Below, piece by piece: positions 1 to 12,000 of a stretch of DNA of 64,000 nucleotides. Positions within the stretch are counted from its first letter, which is position 1; each line of letters starts with the position of its first letter. The notes beneath the pieces are model-generated. The model worked only from the letters and a program-made list of their open reading frames with translations. It made no database searches and was not told the origin of the DNA. The translations under genes and the position numbers were made by a program. The DNA comes from Fimbriosthenelais zetlandica (taxonomy: Eukaryota): positions 38,874,001 to 38,938,000 of the forward strand of contig OZ365109.1 in the NCBI GenBank assembly GCA_977030845.1, in the 5' to 3' direction.

Positions 1-1947
1 TATTTCGTTTCCCTTGTGTTCATGATAAGGGGGCAGGGAAACTAGAGGAATATGTGATAGTCATGCCTGATATGCGTCAATGTTACATAACACTCATTGG
101 TCACACATAGGCTATTGAGGCTGGGACTAGCATATAGACTCAATTGGCTAGCCTATAAGACAGCCTTAACATAGGCTTAGCTATTGACCCTGACAATATA
201 AATAGGCTAGCTAGACAGAGTATTTTAGGATAACCTATTATGCCTGTCAACACAATAGAATGATAATACTCGCATTTATTGGCAAATCCTTTCAGCCATG
301 CTAGATCGTAATAAAGATATGCGGGTTTTTGGGGGGGCTATTTTTCCATGTTCAAGGTCATTTCACATAAGGTCACATAATTTTCTCTTCTGATGCAGGT
401 CCCTGCCAGCTCTTATTTTACCACATTTAAAGTTAATACATGGATTCTTTGTTGAAAATTGTTAGGTAGAATCCAATTTTCTCTGAAACAGTTAATTTAA
501 ATGTTTCCATGGCAACAGTATCCAAAGGAACACAAATCCAGATGGGGACTACATCTAAAAATGACCAGAACATCAAAAAGTATCTTACTGCCATATTTCA
601 TTCTTTTATGATAAAATGCACAATTGTTTGACTAATCGACTCCACTATACAAAAAATTTGTAATAAATACGATGTTCAACGCCCTGTACAGGCTATGGGA
701 ACATAGATTTAATACATAAAATGTTAAAGTTCTTGCATGTATTACAGCTTAATATTCCAGGGCTGGGAGTATCTAGAATTCACATATATGGGGAATCAAC
801 AGTTTTCCTACACTTTCTGCTGGTTAGTTATGTTACATTCTGTTTGATTGAATAATAATGAAAGTTTGAGCATAATTATGCCGATGGTTGTCAAGGAAAT
901 GTGTGTTGCTAAGCAACAGTTAGATATATGAAGAAACTGAGATTACCATAGTAATCCTTGATGACACAATAGTGTGGGGGGGGGGGGGGGTAGGTACCAT
1001 TATTACTCAACTAGTCCTAATTTTAAATGTGGTTACTTGGGATAATCCAGTTACTAAACAATTTATATAATCCTCAATATTTGGTTGTTAGGGGTCTAAT
1101 CTGAGGTGGCTCAATATCCAATTTTTTTTCGGAATATATCCAGCTAGCTCTGTGCCAAATTTGATGCTTTTATCACAAAATGCACGATAGGTTAGCTATG
1201 CCGCCCCACTATTCACAGTTAATTACAGCATAGATCTTGATCTATAATTGTTCTCAAATTCAATTGGAGTTTTATCTGTCACTGATCATGTCATGATCAT
1301 GTCATGATTCTTGACGTTTAAAAGGAATTAGTAATACAAAATGTAGATTTTTTCATGGGAAAATAGGGTTTCTATGGACGTATGGTATCCCTGGATTTCA
1401 TTATAAGGAACTATGAGAGGGTATGGCTGTGGAGGGCGATGTGAATGATACCAAAAAAGCGCTGGAAGTCTAAGTGGGAAATGCTGTATGTTACCACAGC
1501 TGGGTTGTCTATGCTATTATATTATAACAGTTTGCAAATATTTTAAAATATTTACAAGAGAAAATGTATTCTTATTGACTTGTAACCACCCCTGGATATC
1601 ATGAATGCCGGTTCGCTGCTACAACATTGTTTCTAGTGACATAATCAGCAACAATGTTTCATTCACGTTGTGTAGGCTACACGCCATGACGTGACGTCCC
1701 AGTGGTTTGACCTAGGTCCACAGACGTCGTCGTTTTGGCAACTTCGTGATTGACAGCGTCAATCACAAAATGACGATATATGATTAGCTATGGCCATAAG
1801 GGGGCGGGGCCGATAAGTGTCGCTGGGTACCTTGTATAGGCCAGCCTATAATTATGTTATAGTTATTATAGTTATTCATGTGCTAAATAGCTCCCATCCA
1901 CCACAGATCAAGTGTCACCCAGTTAAAAACCATGTCTATGCACGTTA

Positions 1948-2032
1948 GCCAAGATAGCTCAGTCGGGTAGACTGCTGGTCTGTCAATCCAATGGAACTTT
2001 CTTCAGCATGGGTTCGAATCCTGCCTCTGGTG
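1948..2032 (+). pseudogene. Degenerate tRNA-like sequence (tRNA pseudogene or repeat head)
   Basis: A box TAGCTCAGTCGGGTAG and B box GGTTCGAATCC are present, but the acceptor, D and anticodon stems are mismatched. Confidence 0.55.
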
Positions 2033-4262
2033 TAGCTTTTACTCATTCTTTTTAAAATTAGCTAACTCCCTTAATAATTGATGGATCGTCACCAAATTTT
2101 AGATTTAGGTACATCTCATCATTCCGCACATATGTATATGATTATTTTCAAGTTTGCATCATTTTTTTTTCAAAAATATGTCATGACCTCATTTTGAAAT
2201 GTCAGTATCTCTACCAAAAAAATATTCAATTAAAAAGTCGAGTGGTTCATGCGAACAAGAAGCCTCTGATGAATAGCTAGCCGCCTCATCATTCACCTTG
2301 AATAACCAGGGTTGGAGGAGGCAGGCTTTATATGATTTCATGCTAATTAGCTAATTAGCGAAAAATAATTAGGGCACAGGTCAAATGATGGGATCAAAAG
2401 ATAGGGCATCATCGACATGTAACCTAGTACCAGTGCCATGATTTTTGGTTGGCAGATTCCTGAAAAAACTGCCATTACATTTTGCCATTTTTAAAATTCA
2501 TGACACCATTGTGATGTCACCCGATGTCACATGATGTCAATTTCACACATTATGAACACTTCTTAACATGCCCTACCTGGTGGCTAGAAACCAGATTCCT
2601 ACCTCTATTAGAAAGTCGATTTTCAGAAAAACTTCACTACAACAATTATAAAGGACACACAAGAACAGTATTTCGTCCCCCTGTCGGGGAAACGAAATAA
2701 TAAAATCGGACGTTAGGCCTATAGGCCTACTTCAAGATAAAATAATCTGGATAACACGCAATCTTCTAGGCCTATGCAATTATTACACTTTCGCAATTAT
2801 TACACTTTCGCAGGTAAAATGATATAGATCTATATTAAAATGCAAACTTGTATTTGCAAAAATTGTTCTGCATATTAATATTTTTACATAACCAGCGCCT
2901 GTCAAAGGCAGTTAGAATAGGCAATGTATCCCATGTGCTGGGTAGATCTAGACTTTTGGAATGAAAGGAGTAGGTTATTAATGTACCAGTCAATACACAT
3001 TGACTGATGCACAAGGCTACACCTCCTGCTTCTTCCTAACAACCTGTTGGTTAGGCGGCTGGTCCCATGTCATCATGTATATAACCAGGGATTGAGATTG
3101 GATTGTGATGTCGACCGTTCAGGGTGGGATTTTATGAGCGATCCATAGGCCTACACCCACTGACACAGACATGCATGTGCATAATGAGTGTTGTGAGCTG
3201 GTTGAGTAGGCCATACAGGGGGAGAGAGCTGCTCGGCAGTAGGCCTATAGATGCAGCCAGGGATCCAGGGCAGGAGGGCTCAATGTATTGTCTCCTTAAG
3301 CTGGATGAGGGAAGGGTTTTAGAGGTAACTATTGTACATAGAAGAAAGGTAAGGTAGGTAGACCCTGGGACCTCATCCGTAGACGTGGAGGATGAGTGGC
3401 TGGAATATGGATGAGCAGGGGAGAAAGCAACTATATTAGGCCTAATATCTAGCCTACTGATCTAGGCCTAGGCTAATTAGTAGCCTAATAAATAAGGGGT
3501 GAAAACGATGTTGAGGAGGACCAACCCTTAGAAAATTATTTGGTCGGTCTAACTCAAGATATGGAAATATTATGGAGCCTAGGTTTGGGCCTATACCGTT
3601 TAGGTTTAAAGCTATCAAAAGACAAAGGGCCTAGTGTCAATAAGCTGGGCCTATATATAATGCCCTGATTAAATTAAAGGATGGGATACAAAATTAATGG
3701 ATATAAATTGACGTAAAGAAGGACAGGTGAGAAGAGTGAATATACCGGTAGGCCTACCGGTAAGCCTAAAGCCTCTAGAGGCATATAAAGTAGGGCCTAC
3801 GGAAGGCATAGGCCTACCGGTATAATTATATAGGCCTACCTAGTAGGCCTAGCCCTAGGTGTGACAGGGAGAGAACGAACTTTAGGTCTAGTAGGCCTAA
3901 TCAATAGGCCTAGCCTACATGATTTAAATTAGCCTACAGTCTGATAGGCCTGGTGCAGGATATAGGCCTATACATCAGTCTATTTAGGCTAAACAGGCAT
4001 TGGACAGGCCTATCTCCATGCCACAAGTGATGGCACTTAGGCCTAGATGCCAGTTTTAGAAAATTTAGACATAGGCCTAGGCCTAGACGTCTAGGCCTAC
4101 AATGCCCTTTAGGCCTAGTTTTGGCTAGTTTGTTTTGCAAAAATGCAGTTGAAACAAAAGGAATATAAGTAGCTTATTCTATGCATAAGCCTGTAAGGGT
4201 AGCGATCACTTGGCAGTTGGGGGCAAGCACACCACATGTTCTGACAAATTTAAATATCCCAC

Positions 4263-4378
4263 CTGTCATCCTCCGGACCGTGCTCTCCCCAGATCAAGTC
4301 TCTGAATCTGTAGCGAGGTGGTAAAGGTGGTACTCCCTGATTAAATATCTCAGCTTCAGTCATTGCAACATTCGTCAT
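4263..4378 (-). CDS. KCNT2: KCNT/Slo2 sodium-activated potassium channel, N-terminal coding exon (gene continues left of the window)
   Basis: MTNVAMTEAEIFNQGVPPLPPRYRFRDLIWGEHGPEDDR then phase-2 donor AG|gtggga. It matches the KCNT2 (Slick)/Slack-A start VPPLPPRYRFRDLLLGD...NDDR. The frame is open upstream to a phase-0 acceptor (attctag) at 4496-4497. Confidence 0.88.
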
Positions 4379-4539
4379 TAAAAGCGGGTAGTTATCTTCT
4401 TCTTCTTTTTTTCTTTTTTTTAGCTCTATTCCTCCTTTATCTCCAAACGGGCTGCCTGTTGCTGCAGTCGCTCCCTGAGAGAGTGGCTCCAGAAACTAGA
4501 ATGTGAGACAGCAGGCGTGTGTGAAATGTAGGCCTACCT

Positions 4540-4919
4540 CCACCCGGGTTCCTCTCGTTCTCGCTGAATTACTGTCGGACATCAGTAGGGGAGTAGTGAA
4601 CGGTTTAAGTGAGAGAGGTGGCAGGATAGTGCTGCTGGTCTTATTTTCTCCGCACCATACACAAATCATGGAACAAGCGCTCAGGTTCAATGGAAGCCGC
4701 TCCAGCTGCAGACCGCGTGGACTGCTCTAGCTTCTCTTCCTTCCACCAGATGTCCTCTCAACGCCGGAAGTTTGAAATCCATCCCATAATTTCTAATGCT
4801 TCGCGGAGCAACATCCCATCATATCAGCAGCTTCGCGGAGCACCGAAAACAAAGCGAGTGCGCATGCGCGTCATAAATCCAACATGGTGGTCTGTGGAAG
4901 TCTGTCGAGCTTTCTGTAG
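4540..4919. promoter_or_regulatory. CpG-rich bidirectional promoter between KCNT (-) and FAM20B (+), including a probable non-coding FAM20B exon ending at 4919
   Basis: ETS site CCGGAAGT (~4764), NRF1-type TGCGCATGCGC (~4859), YY1-like AACATGGTGG (4881), duplicated GCTTCGCGGAGCA, and donor TAG|gtatgt at 4920. Confidence 0.7.
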
Positions 4920-7900
4920 GTATGTTTCGTCCCATTTATTAGTATTTCTGTGTCGGTTTATGTGTTGGCAACAGCAAACAAGTGCTTTGGTACCTGCTTT
5001 ATCGATGTGGGTCGGATTTGTGTGTGAGTTGGGATGAGGGGAGGTGTGTGCACCGCTTCTTTGAGTGTGGGTAGCAGCACTCGGGGGCGGGGTGCTATTT
5101 CTGCCCTGGGAGCCCCGGTGCCAACGTGGTCAACTCGGCTGCGGCAGCTGTGGCATACCTCTAGGCCCTATTGGCTTCAGTGATCGGTAAGGTTTGTGGG
5201 ATATCGTAAATAGGATTACTTTCCTCTTTCTACATCTATGTGAGTATTATGCATGGAGGCGTATTGATGTTTGTCAAGAATATACGGTACCGGTACGCCA
5301 TGCCCATGTGCCTAGCCCTAGCCTAGGGATAGGCCTAGGCCTAGGTCCTCTGGCGATGGGCATAGCCCCATTCCGACAGTGAAGGAAGATTATTAAACAG
5401 AATACCCTCTATGCCCATTCCCGGATATTTGGAGGGGAGAGGGTGGTGTGGATGGGGATGGGGGAGCCCATGATGGTGGATTACGATAGGCTACTTCATT
5501 GGAGTTTCCTGAAAGTTGAAACTTTGAAGGGGTTAACCCACCATTCAATGATAATTCATTCATTTGAAATTGTTGCAGTGCCTAGACAGGGGCCTACATA
5601 TGTATGTATACTGTAACTTGTAAGGCCTAACCATTTTAAACAATATGAATTTTTGTCATGCATAATATCATTCAATAAATTAGGCCTACAACTTCATGTA
5701 CATTAGGCCTATAGGCTATATTTTCCAAATCCTAGATGTATATTTTCCGAATCTTTAATGCACTGAACAGGACCTTTATAATACTGCTCGTTATAGATTA
5801 ATTATAATGGTTTAGGCCTATAGGACAGATTCTAGGCCTACGTTTTACAGCAGATAAAGAATCACTGGAAATCGACGTTATATTCTATTTTTAGTCTTAC
5901 CATAAAGCCCTCAAAGTTTTTCAAATTACACATCTTTTCAGTTCATTAGAGGCTTTAGATTTTTCTCAGCAAGATCTATAATAGACAGAATACCACAATC
6001 GATTTATACTCCATTACTTTGCCGTTACAAAATTGGATTTACCAAGACTCCTTTTATTAATCTTTTCTGTCATGCCTAACAATAAACATGAAGCGCACTA
6101 CAGACATCTGGTGAGAATTATAGGAAACAGCAGCCCTTTCGTAAATCGCAGTTTATTCATAAAATATTTCCCAAACACCTGCCAGAAATTAATCAATATC
6201 ATTTCTTTCTGATTTCAATCGAATTCCTGAATATTAGATCCCTCGGCTACATTTTAAATCTCCCACATTTCCTATTGATTTGGTATTTGTCCACCTGTTG
6301 AAGTGTTCTATTTTAATTCTCATGGAGGTTGATTTTAATATTGACTTTCCTGCAACAGTTGTGTTGCAAACTGTAAACAGATATTTCAAATATTTATACA
6401 ATCGATCAGATTAGCGAAATATGCACAGAATGAAAACACTGTACATAGAATTTAATTACCCCGTAAATCCTGGGTTGCTGCGGTTTAGCTGCACCTGATA
6501 TCAGAGTCTGAAATGTTTACTACAGACCAACACTTTCTAAGGTGATATTGGTGCCAACACATCAATATTGACGCAAATAACTAAATTAGTAAGTGAAATA
6601 TTCAGTTGGTTTAATAATCAGATATATGGACATGATCCTTGATACCCAGTACGTGTTCATGCGGGTAGGTCCTATACAAAACTCCAGGTGGCATGACAGG
6701 CAATTCTCATTTGATAAGGCACTTCTCTAGGAGGGAAAGTTACACCTGTGCCTCTCTGGAGAGCTAGCAAATCTTGATTTCATAAAAGGCCTTATCTTTA
6801 CTTACTATATATTTCTCCTGACATTCATGTATTTTTAAAACATTCTGTTCCGGTTCTAATATCGGTTTTTATCATGCTTGTTTCTGATATTAATATGAAA
6901 TCTATCTCTCTAGTCTTTCTCGGGGTGTCCAGACTTAAGTAGTTTTCTAGAGTATCTTCGCAGTGTGTCCATCAAAATAGTCCATTAATGTTTGATTATT
7001 GCCCTTTGCCCGGGGAATATAAAGGACCTGTATATTGCGTGACAACATGGGTATATATAGGATTCCCCGACACATCAGTGTGGTTGGATTAATATTAAAA
7101 CTACCTTCTTTCAAGTGATATTTTCTTTCATTTTACTATACAAAAGGAGAAAAAAATGATTGATGAGGGTATTTGTGCGGAGGGAAGGAAAGGAAAAAGT
7201 CTTTCCCTCATCTGTCACCTCCGAGTGTCTCCCCTGCCTTGTCCAGAATGTAACAAGTTTTGTCTCTGAAAAGGTTATTTACCTCCTTGGCAACATACTT
7301 TGAGGTGAAAATCTAAAAGCTAGTTTTTACTTTCATCTTTCTTTGGCAGTAAAACTTATTCATGAAAGTGGTTAAAATGAGTGAAGGGAAGGGTGGGGAG
7401 CATGACATGGGTGATTAATCTTCATTCAACTGATGGTTTTTATTTTCATAGAATGAACCAATGAAAGCTATTGTTCTCATATGATTCCATCGCGAGGAAT
7501 CCATCCATCACATTATTATAACATTGTTTTGGCAAAACTGCGGAATAAATGTTTTATCCCCAATAAGTCCTGACATTGCGATTCGCCCTTCGTTGCTCTC
7601 AGACTTCTGAGAACTCTTTCACGTCAACACATCTCATCACATTCTGTGTGATAAAACACGCTAGTGATACTAATCACCAAATGGTGATAAATTGAACGAG
7701 TGATGGATGTGTGAAATTGGAATAAGGTGTATGGAATTGGACGAGCATCACCCCCTAATCCCGCATCACGCTGGATATGGCTTTAGTGTTAGATAGAGGG
7801 ATGTCTGTCATGCCCAAAAATCAATAGGACCCAACCCTCCTAGAGCCATCACAGACATTGCCCTCTGAGACGAGAAGCATATCACAACTCGACTAAATAT

Positions 7901-8706
7901 AGGTGGGATCCATTATATAGCTAAGTCTCTAGTGGTACGCATTTACCCCTGATAGGAGATGGTCACACATTGATGCCAGTTGAATGAAGCTCAGTGTTCA
8001 TCTAGAAAGATGCGCTCTACCGTAGGCCTCTAATAGACAGACCCTTTTGAATGCACCTCTCATATTTATGGTCCCCTGTTCCCTGTTCATTTAGAGTATG
8101 TTATATTGCACCCGGCTTTCCCACAGCCATGCTGCAGGGGATGCGTACAACAGGGGATTGCGGGGAAACATTGATTTTTCCTCTAGTCTATAAGAGATCT
8201 TGCCGACCCCAAGAAGCCATGAGTACTGCCGATAGTTTATTTTCATAATGTTCCCTATGTATGAATATTCATGAAATGTTTTCTAGATTTATAAATGAGA
8301 ATCAACATACATGTACTGAGAGTGGACTCTAGAAGAGCTAGAATCAATTCTGTAAGGGATACATAAATAATGATTTTTGATATGTCCTGAAGATGATTTT
8401 TAATTCGATTCTATTCTTTTTTCAATTCAATTCAAAATTTATGTCGGATGACAAATATCAATAATATACAAAGAAAACGCATAAAATCCCCGAGAAAAAA
8501 AAATATTAACCATAACTGGCTCCAATAGTTCCAGCAATGTTTTTTTGAAATTTTATGTTTTTCGAGTGTTTGACAACTTATTAATTAACCTTTAATTGAC
8601 CATACTTTCAGGTGTTGAATGCACAACTTACTCATGACAACCTCCAATGCTTTAAGCATCCCTCCACCATCATGACCAACTGATACTGAGACAACCGTGA
8701 GGCGGC

Positions 8707-9040
8707 ATGAAGCTCAAAGTCAGGATCGTCCTCTTCATTTTCATCATATTCATCTTCTATGTTTCCTTCAAAATCCTGGAGCCGGAAATCACAGACAGCT
8801 CACTGGAGGCACGAGATTTAGACGATCTCTTATTGCCTCCAGGGAGGCCGCATTTTGACAGTGGTAAAGGTGGTCTTATACGGACCAAGAAGCACAACCA
8901 GACCACAGTGGCCCTCATTGAATGGTTTCTCAAACGGTACCAGATTGATTGGAATTACAAGCTGGAAGGCTCGCCATGGGAACTCGCGGCAAGCTGGGTT
9001 GGTTCCAGACGAATCCATCCTGACCACACTCCAGAAATGG
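8707..9040 (+). CDS. FAM20B: FAM20B coding exon 1 (signal anchor to PEMG)
   Basis: ATG at 8707 in context ggcggcATG; acceptor actttcag at 8611; donor G|gtgagt at 9041. Confidence 0.95.
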
Positions 9041-12000
9041 GTGAGTGAGAAAACAAATCCCTTCTCATCAGGTTTTTTAGTTGTTTTCTTTTCATTCCCT
9101 TACTAGGATCTGTCTTTGATCCATGTGTACACTTTTCAGTACCCAGTTTATTGCCAGGGGGAGGTCTTGGAGCATGAAATCTATTGTGTGATTGTGTCCA
9201 CGGCTGTGTTATGAAAAAAAATATTCATCTCTGTATTGTTTGACAAGTGTACAGAATTAGTAGACCATAAAGATTAGTAGACATCAAAATTAGTAGACAT
9301 GCCATTTAGTAGACATGTGTACAAATTAGTAGACATAAACATTAATTAGTAGACATAAACATTAGGAGACATAAACATAAGTATAGACATAAATATTAGT
9401 AGATCATAAAAATCAGTTATCAGTTAATCAGTTCCTTCAAATTTACATCTGCTAAACATGACTGCAAATTGCTAAAAGAAATTTGGTGTCTTTATTACTT
9501 ATTCCTAAAAGAAATTTGTGGCTAGAATTAGCCCAGCAAGACTAGACTATTTCCTGTATGTAACATACAAAGCTTTTCTCGCATTATGAAATATCCCAGG
9601 AAAGTCCATTCATGCGGGAAAGTAGTATGGAAAAGCACTGTTTTAAGCAACATCATCACTTTTGTTCTCAGAGATAATGGTCTGGTAGCCATAGATCTGT
9701 GCCGTAATTGTTATTGGCATCTTTACAGTACTTGGCACAGTGCTTTGTAAAAACACAATCTTGATGATGACAGATCTGGTTCTGAGAAAGAACAGGCCTT
9801 AGATTTATTCTATATAGACCATCGCCAGTTTGTCTTTAAACAATTTAAAACACTACTTCATACATGGGAGCTATTATTTAAATTAATATGCTCATAAACC
9901 ATAATTATTGAACCGCTGTTAGATATAAAGTACGATTTCTCTGGACTGCAGTTGTCTGCTAGTTCTCAACATTGACAGTATGCCATCTAGCTTTCCATTA
10001 GCTTTCCAACGTCAAGCATCCTCATTTTAGCGGTTGCTATTTTGTCAGTTTTCCCCCAAAAGACCTACGGCTGTACATTATTGTTGGTTTCATTTCTCTT
10101 ATCAGAACCTTGTAATAACCATTGCGTATAGTGCCTCAATACCAAGACTTCATTGAAGTCTTTCTTTTATTTCTTACTTAGAACAATGGTGAAGGAGATA
10201 AAACAATGGTGAAGGAGATAAGACCATTCCAGGCCAGACACTATTGAGACTAGCATGCTCTGAAGCATCTCGTCTGTACACAGTTACAATGGGTTTGTCG
10301 AGCTCTGCTATTTTTGAAGGCGGCTCATATGATGATTGCCTTGGGCTCTGTTGAGACAACTCTATAGAGCTTAAGACGTTTAAAACCAGACACAGACAAT
10401 CCTTAGTTAAGGCTGAGGAGATTTATATCAGATTATCTTTACAATTATCCTCACTCAAGACAACAGGAATATGAAACCAGTCGAACTTAAAATATCATAA
10501 TCTTAGTAATACTTCCAATAAATGGGCCTTATAAAAAACTATTTCCTAATATCGTATCTCATTTCTTTTTTGTGTCATAGATATCCTGGATATTGCAGGC
10601 ATATAGGCATTGTACTGATAATAATGCAATAATACGTAGGTTCCCAGAGGCTGACAGCTGGCATATAATGCATTGTACTGATAATAATGTAATAATACGT
10701 AGGTTCCCTGAGCAGGCATAGAATACATTGTACTAATAATATGCATTAATATATAGGTTCCCTGAGCTGGAATTAAGTTCCAATGTCTCACATGATAGAC
10801 TAGGAGGAGCCCAATTTGCCTACTGGTATGCATCGATGATGATCCTGCGTTCCTTGCCACATTTCTGTGGTGTATTTGGTGCAGGATCTTTCATCAGAGT
10901 TACCCTAGAGGCTACGGTGCATTATCTGATGGATTATCAGGCGCCCAAAGCCTCTTCCCAATGGCTTGGATTTACCCACTGGGTAGGATACCCGTTTCCA
11001 GGAATCTTTGATTCTTTGACTCATGGTCCCTGGCTAATAAATTGTATGAATCTTCCAAGCCTTGTACCTGATACATGGTTCTTATAGCATAGACACAAGG
11101 TATAATTTAATTTGCAAAACATGCAGAGCAATTTGCTATGCAAGTTGATTTTGCATGGGAATCAGAATCCAATCAAGTGATTTTGCATAGCAATTTCTCA
11201 TCAAATTACATCGCAAAATGTGACGTGATACCGGGTAAATTATACCCAGTAGACATATAACAAATATACATAAATTAAAAAAACATATTATTCATACACG
11301 CTAGTTCTCATGTCCAAATCCCCTTTTTCTACCTAACTGAAGAATATACCATCTTTCTTAGTAGATGCTTTGATACATCGGATTTTCTTGCACATACTAT
11401 ACTATCTCGTTTATAAAAATAATAGATTGATTATGAAGACTGCGGTATCTGCTGGGATCTTCATTGATGGATTCAGAACCAGTGAGCTTTATAAACCCAG
11501 TCAGAATGATTGACTGTAAAACTGACAAATTACCAAGGAAGAAGCAAGCATTATAACAGTGAGATATATGGGTATAGGTACTGAGCTTAATAGTTGGTTA
11601 TCCCCTCAGCTGCCTCATTCTCCTAATAGATTTCCAGTTGTCCCCTTCCCCACCACTTGGAGTGTTGAATCCCAGGGGGAATGAATAGAGTAATTACTGT
11701 TTACTCACAGTGTTTAAACAGTATGGCCTTACAAACAGTTCACATGCCATTTGACCTTTTAAAAGCAATACATTGTACTATAAGGGCAATGGGCAATGCG
11801 TTTAAAAGTCATCATTTAGGGTCATGTAAATGAGCACTGAAGTGGAAGAACTTAGTAATGAAAATACCTACTGACACCCAAAATAACTTCCATCATGCAA
11901 ATGACACTATCTTTCTGAAAATCCAAAATAAATTCCATCATACAAATGACACTATCCTTCTGAACAATTGTTTCAGCAGAGTTGATGGACTGAAAAGCAC

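Larger units (their letters stand above)
2713..5840. repeat. Dispersed cluster of the palindrome TAGGCCTA flanking the promoter on both sides
   Basis: About 26 exact copies counted by eye in 3.1 kb; none between 4540 and 5320. Confidence 0.9.

Noticed and set aside
1948-2032. Functional tRNA gene
   Set aside because: A and B boxes are present but the cloverleaf stems do not pair; kept only as a pseudogene or repeat head.
1-4262. KCNT shared exon (VxVEFYVNENTFKERL-like)
   Set aside because: Not found on the - strand by eye; presumed to lie left of the window.
9255-9410. CRISPR-like repeat-spacer array
   Set aside because: Units are degenerate with very short irregular spacers in a eukaryotic intron, and there are no cas genes; it is a minisatellite.
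10546-10860. 104-aa repetitive ORF ([10 protein letters not shown] repeats)
   Set aside because: Translation of a tandem repeat; no splice context or protein motif.
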